Source: Candidatus Yanofskybacteria bacterium
GTDB taxonomy: Bacteria; Patescibacteriota; Minisyncoccia; 2-02-FULL-40-12; GWA2-44-9
DNA: 62,087 nt
Assembly (NCBI GenBank): GCA_020852375.1
Contig: JADZAY010000006.1
Coordinates: 1-62,087 of the forward strand
Direction: 5' to 3'
Positions 1-9,559 of this stretch are shown one piece after another. Position 1 is the stretch's first letter. Every line of letters begins with the position of its first letter. The notes beneath the pieces were generated by a model. That model was not told the DNA's origin. It saw only the letters and a program-made list of their open reading frames with translations, and did not search any database. A program made the position numbers and the translations under genes.

Positions 1-36
1 GAGGCGTCTCCGACCGGGAGCGCCGAGAAACCGTCC

Positions 37-101
37 GAGTCGGGGTGCCGAGGGGAGCGGGAGTGGAGGGTCAGCCGCGCAGGGGCGGCAAGCGGGTCTG
101 A
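37..101 (+). repeat. Dispersed G-rich intergenic repeat, copy A
   Basis: 37-63 GAGTCGGGGTGCCGAGGGGAGCGGGAG is the exact reverse complement of 20430-20456. 72-89 is the exact reverse complement of 20402-20419. Confidence 0.9.
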
Positions 102-111
102 AAGGAGCGGG

Positions 112-852
112 CTAAGAGAGCTGGGAAAGCAGATCGTGATGCTCCCACTCCCAGAGCGTCTTCGCCGCGAGGAATGCATTGAGATCGTGCGCGTGCGTCC
201 CGAACTCAACGAACTCGAAGCGACCCTCCATTGGACCCCATTGATGGAGACACCCCTTGCCACCTGCGCTCACGCGGAAAACGCCACCCTTTGTTCGGAG
301 CGAGACGCCGCAGAGCTGGCAGGTCCTGCACTGATCGAGTCGGAGCACCCAGCTCGTTATCGGCTGTTCAATGTCGGGTGTTTCAGTGAGCGCGGCGATA
401 TACGCCGCGATCTGCATCCCGTAGTCGCGATACACCGATTTGCTCGTCTTGATATCGAGAACGCCAACGACGCCATTAATGCGAGCAAGCGCGTCAATGG
501 TTCCGGCGTACCGGTGATTGCGACTTACCACGCGCTCTTCGATGAGAAGCGGTTCGACATGATTGTTGCGGAGGAACTCTCGAAACGCGTCGATAGACGG
601 CTCGATCGTAGCCGGCACCGGTTCGTGCGTGCCATTGAGGATCGCCTCAACCGCTTCGTGAACCATGGTGCCCTCCCGGGCGCTTGCCTCTTTTGCATCG
701 TCTGCGGCCTTGAAACTACGCATCCCGCCATAGTAGCGGTAGAGCGCCGGCTTCGCTTTAATGGAAACAATGGAGGTAACACGGGGGTACCACACGCCAT
801 CGATGAGATAGCCTGCCCGTTCGCGAAATTCGTCTAGTGACTCGTACTCCAT
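112..852 (-). CDS. PD-(D/E)XK nuclease (phage exonuclease/MGME1-like)
   Basis: Motifs YPRVTSI, GTMVHEAVE, EERV..YAGTIDA, LDIKTS, QIAAY. Start moved to the ATG of MEYES at 852. Confidence 0.8.
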   Translation of the reverse strand: MEYESLDEFRERAGYLIDGVWYPRVTSIVSIKAKPALYRYYGGMRSFKAADDAKEASAREGTMVHEAVEAILNGTHEPVPATIEPSIDAFREFLRNNHVEPLLIEERVVSRNHRYAGTIDALARINGVVGVLDIKTSKSVYRDYGMQIAAYIAALTETPDIEQPITSWVLRLDQCRTCQLCGVSLRTKGGVFRVSAGGKGCLHQWGPMEGRFEFVEFGTHAHDLNAFLAAKTLWEWEHHDLLSQLS

Positions 853-957
853 CCCGTTAGAAGCGACGAAGTAGCTTGCATCTGTACACTGCGGGGAGAT
901 GTGCACGTTCGGTTCGCATGGTGATTTGCATTACTCGTTCGTTTCCAACGGGACCAC

Positions 958-1629
958 TTATTTGATGTTGATGTACTGGTTCCAATACGCGAACAGCTCT
1001 GCTGTCGCGCGGATGTCGTCGAAGCAGTAGCGCGCAATATCCAGATACTTGGCCTCCTTGAAGAAGCGGGGGACTTCGTAGCCAGTGATACCGCCCTCCT
1101 TGCTCGAACGAATCCCGAACGCCTGACACCACATGTGGAGGCTCATGGTTCGCCGCACTGCCCCAAAAAACCCGAGGCGATCGTAGAGATCGATATGCTC
1201 ATCGCCATATCGGTAGGGGACGAGATTTTTTGTCGGACGGACCTTATTGACCGCTGAACGCACCATGAGGAACGGGCAATCGAAGGCGCGTCCATTAAAG
1301 GTGATGAACTGGTCGTAGAATGCGATCGTTCGCCAGAACTTTTCGAGCACCTGCGCCTCGTTCCCGGAGGAGTAAACGATGCCATTCTCTTCGTGTTCGG
1401 ATGGCTCGGTGTTCGGTGCCTGGTAGTACACGGCACCCTTTCCGGTATCCGGATTCAACAGCGCGATGGCAACCACCTGGCCCGTAAGAGGGGAGAAGCT
1501 TAACTGCTCTGGGACCAGCTCCTTCTCCTCGGGGGTGCGAGCAGCCTTCAGGAGATACTCTTGGGCCTGTTCGTCGAGCGAGTCGAAGTCGACTCCGACG
1601 GTTTCGATATCAAAAACGACACGCGGCAT
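958..1629 (-). CDS. PolB-like 3'-5' exonuclease (DEDD/RNase H fold)
   Basis: ExoI FDIET, ExoII TFNGRAFD, ExoIII YCFDD. The start could be 1638. Confidence 0.85.
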   Translation of the reverse strand: MPRVVFDIETVGVDFDSLDEQAQEYLLKAARTPEEKELVPEQLSFSPLTGQVVAIALLNPDTGKGAVYYQAPNTEPSEHEENGIVYSSGNEAQVLEKFWRTIAFYDQFITFNGRAFDCPFLMVRSAVNKVRPTKNLVPYRYGDEHIDLYDRLGFFGAVRRTMSLHMWCQAFGIRSSKEGGITGYEVPRFFKEAKYLDIARYCFDDIRATAELFAYWNQYINIK

Positions 1630-1701
1630 AGGGCTCATCGTACCTCTTGCCAACCAGTGGTGCAAGGAGTAGCATTCCGCCCAATACGTCGGAGGTGGAC
1701 C

Positions 1702-2112
1702 ATGTTGGCACTAGCGCTTGCGCTACTTGTGGCCGGGGCATCTGGTACCCACCAAAAGAACGTGAACAGCAGCCGCAAGAGCGAACCATTCGCCTTGCGC
1801 CGGATACCGCAGCAGCAAGTCGTCATGTCTCAGCGCATCGTTTCGTTATCGCTTCACGTGGTCGTCTCGGCGACCATCGAAGAGTACTGGTGCCCCGCGG
1901 TTGAAGTCGAATGGGGGGACGGGGAAGCATCCTTGATCGCTCCGGACTGCCGACCATTCGCGGAAGCGACTGATGAGGACCGATGGGAGCTTGAAGACAT
2001 GTACCGCTTCACGCATCCATACCGAACCAAAGGCGAGCACGTTATCCTGGTGAACATCAGCCGGAACGGAAAGAGGATCCGCCAGCTAAAGAGTCGGCTG
2101 GAGATTCGCTAG
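1702..2112 (+). CDS. Small secreted protein with PKD-like motif
   Basis: GGAGGT SD at 1691-1696, signal peptide MLALALALLVAGAS, motifs EWGDG and FTHPY..GEH. Confidence 0.6.
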   Translation: MLALALALLVAGASGTHQKNVNSSRKSEPFALRRIPQQQVVMSQRIVSLSLHVVVSATIEEYWCPAVEVEWGDGEASLIAPDCRPFAEATDEDRWELEDMYRFTHPYRTKGEHVILVNISRNGKRIRQLKSRLEIR

Positions 2113-2120
2113 AAGACGCA

Positions 2121-2145
2121 GGCACACCATCCGGTGTGCCTTTTT
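2121..2145 (+). terminator. Intrinsic terminator
   Basis: GGCACACC-ATCC-GGTGTGCC followed by T5. Confidence 0.8.
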
Positions 2146-2511
2146 ATGCCGTGCATGTGAAGAGGGAGGGGCCAGCGTTCGTGGTTCTATCGTGTCGTAC
2201 AATGTAGGTTATGCGACTTAATAACCCCGCATACTCCCCTACATATGCCAAAAAAAACGACCGGATCCAGAAATGACAAAAATTCATATTCACTCATTTT
2301 TTGTCTCGCCTCCGGTCGTGTACACTCGCCCGACCTCGTCCCCGCCTTTGTGCCGCCGCTCATGCTCGAGATCTACATCGACGGCACTTCTCCGAACGGC
2401 AAAAAAATACCGTCGCGGAACACTCGCCGTGACGGAAGGCCTATCTGTCTTATATTCACGACGAGCGATTTCTGTGAGCGGCCTCCCACTCCCCCTCCCC
2501 CGTCTGCCTGC

Positions 2512-3747
2512 CTAGAGATAATCGGACGGATTCACCGTTCCGTCGAAATAGTTGAAATACAATTCATCGCCCTTCAGATAGGTGAAGAACTCCTTGTAGA
2601 GCGAAAGGTGAAGATGCGACCCGGTGACCTTTCCGGTCGTTCCTTCGTAGCCAAGCACATCACCGGCTTTCACTTGGGCGCCGACCTTCAAGAATGAGAG
2701 CGAACTCATATGCCCATAGACGCTGACCATGTTATTCGGATGCTGAACGGCGACCCAGTTACCCCAGCCGCTGTTCGATCCATTGGCAACGATGCGCCCG
2801 TCGCCGATCGATTTGATCGTCGCCCCATACCCCGCGGCGATATCGATCCCGTTGTGCGGCGCTCCGCCATACGCCCCTCGCTTTGCGTACTTCGTCATGC
2901 CATACCCTTGGGTAAGGTGGTAATCGTCCTCGGGCCAGGAAAAGAGCTTTGTACCCCGTGGTGGAACATGTTCGGCTTTGATGTGCACGATATAGAGGCC
3001 GCCGGAAACGACCTTTAACTCCAACTCCCGGAGCTCTTTGAAGAATGCCGCCTTCTGTTTCTCCACTTCCGCGAGTTGCTTCTGATATGCAGCCTCCTGA
3101 CCCTTGGTGACCTGAAGCACGCGGTCGCGCTCTCCCTTGACACCGGCAAGCTGCTGGCGACGCTGAAGTGCCTGCGCGTTCAGCGTTTCGAGTTCCTGCT
3201 GCTTTCCCTCGAGCTCCGCCTGATCTCGCTCAAGCGACATCTTTGCATCCTTGAGCTCAGCGATCATGCCCAAGAGACGATCCTGAATGGTCGCGAGATC
3301 GTGGAACTGCTGAAGGAAGTCGGACAGGCTGGTGAACTTGAACAGGCTCGCGGCAAGATCCTCGTGGTCACGCTGCTCCAAAAAAAGGACCATGCGTCCG
3401 ACGGTCTCTCGCTTGCGGCTCATCTCCTCGCGCGTTTTTTCGATCTGCGTTTCGACCTGTCCGATCTCTGTTTTGGTCAGGTCGATCTTTTTGCCGGTTG
3501 CGGCGATCTGCGCTTCGATCTGACCGATCTGCCCCTTCAGGACAGCGATCTCCTTTTTGAGTGAATCGGCTTTGGCGCGCTCAGTGGCAATGCCGGATCG
3601 GAACTGTGCTGCCTGCTGTTCGAGTGCTTCGATCTGCCGCTGCAGCTCTTGGATCCGGGCCTCTTCGGGGGTGAGCGCTCGGGCTATGCCCGAGGTCGCA
3701 TAGAGAAGAACCGCCGAAACGATGAGGGCTCGGACACCGATACTCAT
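2512..3747 (-). CDS. Coiled-coil M23 peptidase (EnvC/NlpD-like)
   Basis: Signal peptide, long coiled coil, M23 motifs HNGIDI, YGHMS and HLHL. ATGA overlap with the gltX stop. Confidence 0.9.
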   Translation of the reverse strand: MSIGVRALIVSAVLLYATSGIARALTPEEARIQELQRQIEALEQQAAQFRSGIATERAKADSLKKEIAVLKGQIGQIEAQIAATGKKIDLTKTEIGQVETQIEKTREEMSRKRETVGRMVLFLEQRDHEDLAASLFKFTSLSDFLQQFHDLATIQDRLLGMIAELKDAKMSLERDQAELEGKQQELETLNAQALQRRQQLAGVKGERDRVLQVTKGQEAAYQKQLAEVEKQKAAFFKELRELELKVVSGGLYIVHIKAEHVPPRGTKLFSWPEDDYHLTQGYGMTKYAKRGAYGGAPHNGIDIAAGYGATIKSIGDGRIVANGSNSGWGNWVAVQHPNNMVSVYGHMSSLSFLKVGAQVKAGDVLGYEGTTGKVTGSHLHLSLYKEFFTYLKGDELYFNYFDGTVNPSDYL

Positions 3748-5042
3748 GTGGCAAGTTTGTGGATGGCAGTCTGGATACGACTCTGGGTGCGCTCGGAGCC
3801 GATGGCGGCGGCGATCTCGAGGGGACCGGCGCTGTTTTGTCGTCCGGAGAGGGCGACACGAAGCGGCCAATACACACTCCCCTTTTTGCCCGCGAACTGC
3901 TCAAGAGCGGCGGCATCAAGTGCGGGCTGGTTCAGCTCTCCGCGCGCCGCAAGATCGGCACAGAGCTCAAGCGCCGCCCGAGTTACTTCCGGTGCGTCGT
4001 CCTTCCAGGAAAGGAGTGCGCTCTCGTATTCCGGCTCTTCCCAGAAGTATGAGAACTGGGCGATATCGGTCAAACGCTCGAGTCGTTCCGTCATGATCGG
4101 CACGGCACTGTCGGGAAGGTCGGGCTTTCCAATGAGTTGCTTGAATGTTGCGGGAGGCAACCGCTTGAGATACTGGGCATTCGTCCAGTTCAGTTTCGTC
4201 TGATCGAACACCGCACCCGACTTGTGCACCCGCGCAAGATCGAACTGCTTCGCCATCTCATCCAGCGACAACAGCTCCGCATCATAGGTGTACCCCAGCT
4301 GCCCCATGAATGACACGAGCGCCTCGGGAAGATAATCCGCTTGGTAATCGGCGATGTTTGTCGCCCCATGCCGCTTGGACATTTTCGAGCGATCGGGACC
4401 AAGAATGAGCGGGAGGTGCGCGAACACCGGTGGCGTCGCTCCAAGGGCCTCATAAATGAGAAGCTGCTTTGGTGTGTTCGAGATATGGTCTTCGCCGCGG
4501 ATCACATGCGTGATATTCATGTCGAGATCGTCGACGACAACAGCAAAGTTGTAGAGCGGCGTATCGAGATCCTTCGCAAGCACGACCTGCCCGACATGCT
4601 TCGCCTGCACGGCAACTCGTCCGCGAATCTGGTCGTCGAATGCGAGCTCCCGCTCAGGGTCGCTGGGAGGCGTGAGTGCGATGACGCGATCGCGAGCGGC
4701 GCGCCCATCCCGCTCCATATCGGCCTTCTCTTCGGCGGTATACTCGCGCCAGAAGGCCGCTCCGCTCTCCAGAAGACGCTCGAGATAGCTCCGATAGAGC
4801 GGGAGCCGCTCCGTCTGGCGAGCGATGTGCTCGTTATCCCACTGCAAGCCCAGCCAGTGAAGACCTTCGATAATATTTTCCTCGTATTCCTTCTTACTGC
4901 GCTCAAGGTCCGTGTCTTCGATCCGCAAGATGAATTCGCCGCCATGGTGACGGGCAAAGAGCCAATTAAAAAGCGCCGTTCGGGCGGTCCCGATATGCAG
5001 ATTTCCGGTGGGTGAGGGGGCAATACGAACGCGTACAGGCAT
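3744..5042 (-). CDS. gltX: Glutamate--tRNA ligase
   Basis: RIAPSPTGNLHIG, LRIEDTD, VIRGEDH, KMSKR. Confidence 0.97.
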   Translation of the reverse strand: MPVRVRIAPSPTGNLHIGTARTALFNWLFARHHGGEFILRIEDTDLERSKKEYEENIIEGLHWLGLQWDNEHIARQTERLPLYRSYLERLLESGAAFWREYTAEEKADMERDGRAARDRVIALTPPSDPERELAFDDQIRGRVAVQAKHVGQVVLAKDLDTPLYNFAVVVDDLDMNITHVIRGEDHISNTPKQLLIYEALGATPPVFAHLPLILGPDRSKMSKRHGATNIADYQADYLPEALVSFMGQLGYTYDAELLSLDEMAKQFDLARVHKSGAVFDQTKLNWTNAQYLKRLPPATFKQLIGKPDLPDSAVPIMTERLERLTDIAQFSYFWEEPEYESALLSWKDDAPEVTRAALELCADLAARGELNQPALDAAALEQFAGKKGSVYWPLRVALSGRQNSAGPLEIAAAIGSERTQSRIQTAIHKLAT

Positions 5043-5147
5043 AGATGTAGCATACGAAAAAATCGACGACTATTCAAACGTGAACCACATTTGTTTTTTA
5101 AGCGTGTCAAGCATGCATTCTTCGGCAGGTGTGGTTCAATACCAGCA

Positions 5148-7049
5148 ATGTTCGTCCTCCGTGTTATCCCCTTGGCGTCGCTTCCCGCAACCGCCCCGGG
5201 AGTTCTGGACTACTTTTGGAGCGCTCCCCTGCCGATCGGCTCAGTCGTGCGCATTTCATGGGGGCGCCGACAGTCGCCTGCCGTTGTCACCAACTGTATC
5301 GATGTGCGTCGCGCAAAGCTCGCGGTCAAGAAATCGTCATTCGCCCTCAAACCCATCGATGCGGTCCTCATCGACACTCCGCAGGCGACCGAGAGCCAAA
5401 TCGCACTCGCCCAATGGCTCGCCACATACTATGCCGCATCTCCGGCAACCTCGCTGAAAACCGTACTGCCTCCGTTCTTCGGAAAACCGAAACACCGGGT
5501 AACGCTCCCCGAATCACCAAAACTCGGAGCGGCAGTGCCGACCGGCACCTTTGTGCTCACACAGCCCGACACCGCGATCGCCGAACTGCGCACGGTCATT
5601 GCGCGATCCGACGGACCCGTACTTATCATCGCCCCCGAACGCTCGACCGTTGAGCACCTTGCGCATCACCTTGCAGACACAGGCCCGACGGTGTTCCACA
5701 GCGGCCTCTCTACGACCGCGCACGCCGCTCTGTACCGGGCCGTCATCGCCCGAGAGGCACGCGTGGTGATCGGCACCCGCGGGGCGCTCTTCCTGCCGTG
5801 GACCGCGCTCTCACACCTTGTCATCGAGGATCCTCTGAGCGAAATCTATAAAAGCGAATCGGCTCCGCGGTACAACACGCCCGATGTAGCGCGACAGCTC
5901 GCCGCACACCATTGCGCGCGACTCACCTGGATCTCGCCCGCGATCAGCACCGTCCACTTCCACCTCAAAGAGAATGGAGCCCTCCGCGTCGTGGATCACA
6001 AGCCGCATTGGCCGACCGTTGAGACCGTTTCCATGGAGCATGAGCGACGTGATGGGAACCGCCTCCTGCTGTCGCGCAAGGCCCAGGACGCGATTCTCGA
6101 TGCCTACGAAGACCGCTCGCCACTCCTTGTGCTCTCGGCCCGAAAAGCATATGCGACGGCGCTCCGCTGCGCTCGGTGCCACTCCTCACCGCGGTGCGCC
6201 AACTGTCGCATTCCGCTCCGCCTGCACCGCACCGTTGAAGATATGCTCGTCTGCTACCATTGCGGCGCCTTCCATCAGGTTCCAAAACAGTGCCCGTCAT
6301 GCGCATCCGGACCCCTCAAGCCTGCGGGCACTCCGGGAAGTCAAAAGCTTGCAGAGGCGATCAGGACACTGCTCGACCGCTACGGGCACTCCGCCGGCAA
6401 GCTGCCCATCCTCGATGGCGACCTCGTACGCAACGAGCGCGACGAACGCGCCGTACTTGATGCGTTCAATGCCATGGGGCGACCGATGCTCGTTGCGTCG
6501 TCTATGATCTTCGGCCACCGGTACCAACGGACATTTTCCACGGTCATCATCCCGCACATCGACGCACTCGCCGCAAACCCCGATTTTCGCACCAACGAGC
6601 GCCTCGTCGCACAGCTTGAGCGCATCGCTGATCTCCGCCCCTCCCGGATCATCATCCAGCAGTGGCACGATGACGAACTCCTCGACGTCACGGGCCGCGC
6701 ATGGGACAAGCTCTACCGCGACGAGCTGGCTCAGCGCAAAATGCTTCGCTGGCCTCCGTATACGCGCCTCGTAAAGCTCTCTGTTCGCCACCGCGATCGG
6801 CGTGCCGTCGGGCGCCTCGCGACGGTTGGAGCGGATCGGCTCCGCCGAGCGATCGATCATATGGGCGCAACCGCTCGCTCAGGTACGAGCATACTTGGAC
6901 CATCGAACGCGCTCATCGAGCACGCGCGAGGCGAGTGGACACAACAGATCATCCTCAAGACCTCGCTGACCGGCGAGCGACTGCCCGAGCTTCTCGCATA
7001 CCTTCCACCCGGATGGCTGGTTGATGTTGACCCGAGGTCAATCGCGTGA
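5148..7049 (+). CDS. priA: Primosomal protein N' with degenerate helicase motifs
   Basis: N-terminal LDY..G..V domain, VIGTRGALFLP, four CxxC zinc motifs, C-terminal WPPY. Walker A and DEEH are not recognisable. Confidence 0.85.
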   Translation: MFVLRVIPLASLPATAPGVLDYFWSAPLPIGSVVRISWGRRQSPAVVTNCIDVRRAKLAVKKSSFALKPIDAVLIDTPQATESQIALAQWLATYYAASPATSLKTVLPPFFGKPKHRVTLPESPKLGAAVPTGTFVLTQPDTAIAELRTVIARSDGPVLIIAPERSTVEHLAHHLADTGPTVFHSGLSTTAHAALYRAVIAREARVVIGTRGALFLPWTALSHLVIEDPLSEIYKSESAPRYNTPDVARQLAAHHCARLTWISPAISTVHFHLKENGALRVVDHKPHWPTVETVSMEHERRDGNRLLLSRKAQDAILDAYEDRSPLLVLSARKAYATALRCARCHSSPRCANCRIPLRLHRTVEDMLVCYHCGAFHQVPKQCPSCASGPLKPAGTPGSQKLAEAIRTLLDRYGHSAGKLPILDGDLVRNERDERAVLDAFNAMGRPMLVASSMIFGHRYQRTFSTVIIPHIDALAANPDFRTNERLVAQLERIADLRPSRIIIQQWHDDELLDVTGRAWDKLYRDELAQRKMLRWPPYTRLVKLSVRHRDRRAVGRLATVGADRLRRAIDHMGATARSGTSILGPSNALIEHARGEWTQQIILKTSLTGERLPELLAYLPPGWLVDVDPRSIA

Positions 7050-7061
7050 CATAATTACCCC

Positions 7062-7535
7062 ATGCAGCTCACCCATGTCCCCCACCCCGTGCTCGCGAAA
7101 CAATGCACCCCGCTCACCGCGGAGGATTTGAAGGCCGGCGCATACACGCAGCTCATTGCGGAGATGAAAAAGGACATGGTCGCCCACAATGGCATTGGAC
7201 TTGCCGCGAACCAGGTCGGCAAGGATCTCGCCCTCTTTGTCATCGATGAAAAGCTGGCCGAAGAGCATGACGTCCCCTCGGTATTCGCGAATCCCGAGAT
7301 CACTGAATACGGAAAAGAATCGGAAGATATCGAAGAGGGGTGCCTTTCCATCCCCGGGACGTGGCTCATCATCCCCCGCTCAAAGAAGGTGATGTTCAAG
7401 GGTCTTGATGAACAGGGAAATCGGGTCAAATTCCGCGCGCGCGGCATGCTTGCTCGCGTGCTCCAGCACGAGACCGATCACCTCAATGGCCTCACCATCA
7501 AAGATCGGGCCGCAAAAAAATCCCGCTCTCGCTAG
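7062..7535 (+). CDS. def: Peptide deformylase
   Basis: GIGLAANQVG, EGCLSIP, QHETDHLNG. Confidence 0.97.
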   Translation: MQLTHVPHPVLAKQCTPLTAEDLKAGAYTQLIAEMKKDMVAHNGIGLAANQVGKDLALFVIDEKLAEEHDVPSVFANPEITEYGKESEDIEEGCLSIPGTWLIIPRSKKVMFKGLDEQGNRVKFRARGMLARVLQHETDHLNGLTIKDRAAKKSRSR

Positions 7536-7552
7536 AGAACGGGACAGCATGA

Positions 7553-7804
7553 CTACTCCGCGGCGCTGGCGACCGCCTGCACGCCGCGAGCGAAGCTGAC
7601 TGCTGCATTCCAGAAGAACCCACAGGTCACCGCGAGAAGCGCCGTGAACGCGCAAGCGCCCAACGCCAACCCCGCCGCATTGCGCCAACGCTTTCCCCCG
7701 AGCAGGTTCAACGCCACACACCCAACCGCGATCGACACGATGCCCGCTCCGCGCAGTGTTGTGTCTGGGAACATCTCGGACACGGCAAGCCATGAAAGGT
7801 CCAT
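7553..7804 (-). CDS. Small 2-TM hypothetical protein
   Basis: GAGGAGG SD before the ATG and two hydrophobic segments. Confidence 0.55.
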   Translation of the reverse strand: MDLSWLAVSEMFPDTTLRGAGIVSIAVGCVALNLLGGKRWRNAAGLALGACAFTALLAVTCGFFWNAAVSFARGVQAVASAAE

Positions 7805-7892
7805 CGCGCCTCCTCACTGGTGAGATTATAATACACTATTTGCTGATTTAGTCAATTCGCGTCGCGGCACTGGCGCGATATACTACACCCAT

Positions 7893-8882
7893 ATGTCGCT
7901 CATCGTTTCCGCACCCCGCTCCGCCATACGTCTCACGGTCGCATCACGCACGGAATCTCGCGTGGTATTTTTCGGAACACCACTCTTTGCGGTTCCCGCA
8001 CTTCGCCGCCTCGTTGACGACGGCTGGCCGATCGCTGCAGTGGTCACTGCGCCCGACCGCCCCGTTGGTCGTCGCATGCGTATGACCCCCAGTCCCGTCA
8101 AAAGCGCTGCGCTCGAGCTCGGACTTCCGGTATGGACCCCGTCAACGCTCAAGGACGACGAGGTGTTCGTCCGATTTTCAGAGCTCCAACTAACCGTCGG
8201 CATTGTTGTTGCGTATGGAAAGCTCATCGGCCAACGGTACCTCGATGCTGCGCCACGCGGATTTCTCAATATTCACCCATCGCTCCTCCCCGCCTATCGC
8301 GGCCCCTCTCCTATTCAGTCGGCGATCCTCGACGGCTGCGCAAATACCGGCGTCTCGCTGATGCAGCTGGATGCCGAGATGGACCACGGTCCTGTCGTCG
8401 CACAGGAAACCTGGGAGATCCCGCGGGGGTTTGATGCAGTCATGTGTGAGGACGAACTTTCTCGCCTTGGCGCTGACCTCCTTGCCCGCTCTTTATCGGA
8501 ATACCTGGACGGATCGCTTCTTCCCGTTCCACAGAATGACGCTCTTGCGACCATCACGAAGAAATTCGAGCGCCCCGACGGGCGCATTGCGTGGACCGAT
8601 ACCGCTACCAGCGTGACGAACCGGATCCGCGCGCTTGCCGCAAATCCCGGAACATGGACCACCTGGAATGGGCGCGCGCTCAATATCCACCACGCCCATG
8701 CGATCGACGTATCCTCCTCTGAGGCTCCGGGCACCGTCACACTGCGCGGCACCGAGGTCTGTGTCGTGTGCGGCGAAGGAATGGTCGCTCTCGAGACGAT
8801 CCAGCTTGAGGGGAGCACCCGCCAGCAGGCTCGTGACTTCGTGAACGGCCGCCCCGCCTTTATCGGAGCGGTGCTTTCTTGA
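7893..8882 (+). CDS. fmt: Methionyl-tRNA formyltransferase
   Basis: VFFGTP, VVTAPDRP, NIHPSLLPAYRGPSPIQ, MDHGP. The true start may be slightly downstream. Confidence 0.95.
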   Translation: MSLIVSAPRSAIRLTVASRTESRVVFFGTPLFAVPALRRLVDDGWPIAAVVTAPDRPVGRRMRMTPSPVKSAALELGLPVWTPSTLKDDEVFVRFSELQLTVGIVVAYGKLIGQRYLDAAPRGFLNIHPSLLPAYRGPSPIQSAILDGCANTGVSLMQLDAEMDHGPVVAQETWEIPRGFDAVMCEDELSRLGADLLARSLSEYLDGSLLPVPQNDALATITKKFERPDGRIAWTDTATSVTNRIRALAANPGTWTTWNGRALNIHHAHAIDVSSSEAPGTVTLRGTEVCVVCGEGMVALETIQLEGSTRQQARDFVNGRPAFIGAVLS

Positions 8883-8939
8883 CAACTCAGGCACGCGCTG
8901 CATACTAGCAATAGCTGTTTGATACCGCCGGAGCACGCC

Positions 8940-9485
8940 ATGGAATCTCTCATCGAGCTTGTCATGCCGTGGGATGTCGCCGTCTTGAAAGAAATCGGGG
9001 ACAACGAGGCACTCGCAGCGGATCCGAAGCAGGCCATGGCAAACCAGCGATCATGGTGCATAGACATCTTCCGCTTGCTTGCACGCATCGCCGAGCGGCG
9101 CAACGCACGACGCGCCTACATCGCGGACCTCACCCATACACCCGACGAAAGCGAAATGCGCCTTGTGACGCTTGGGAAAGACGTCCTCACATCCACATTA
9201 GCAGCACAAGGAATCGCCGTAATCGACCCGGAAAGCGTGCGAGCACTTCTTCGCCTCAATCCGCATCTCACTGAGCAGTTCACCGAGGCTCGTAACCCGT
9301 TTTTCGATCTGTTCTTTGGATGTGGCGTCGCCCACCAGCTCTATCTCCCACTTGATGGCCTTGAGAACCAGAAAAATGAGCTCCTGGTACGTGAAGCAAA
9401 GGAAAAGCACATCACGATCATCCAGTGGCACGTCGAGCTCGAGCTCGTGCTCCGTCCCCGCGAAGCCAAAACGCCCCAGCAATAA
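8940..9485 (+). CDS. Hypothetical protein
   Basis: ORF fills the gap with coding-like composition and has GGAG before the ATG at 8940. Confidence 0.6.
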   Translation: MESLIELVMPWDVAVLKEIGDNEALAADPKQAMANQRSWCIDIFRLLARIAERRNARRAYIADLTHTPDESEMRLVTLGKDVLTSTLAAQGIAVIDPESVRALLRLNPHLTEQFTEARNPFFDLFFGCGVAHQLYLPLDGLENQKNELLVREAKEKHITIIQWHVELELVLRPREAKTPQQ

Positions 9486-9499
9486 GCCGGGGCGTTTTC

Positions 9500-9528
9500 T
9501 TGCCGAGCAGAGCTTTCTGTGCTAGAAT
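9500..9528 (+). promoter_or_regulatory. Sigma70-type promoter of efp
   Basis: TTGCCG-17nt-TAGAAT with an extended TG. Confidence 0.6.
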
Positions 9529-9559
9529 CTCCCCGCTGTATTGTGTTTATATCTTCCCT

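Noticed and set aside
2325-2514. Stop-codon read-through or recoding of the M23 gene
   Set aside because: The in-frame extension is not protein-like, and all other genes end normally under genetic code 11.
2196-2697. ORFs 2245-2697 and 2273-2515 after a TACAAT box and hairpin (2202-2242)
   Set aside because: Neither frame gives a recognisable protein, and the longer one runs antisense into the M23 gene. It is left unannotated, though a small gene or RNA cannot be excluded.
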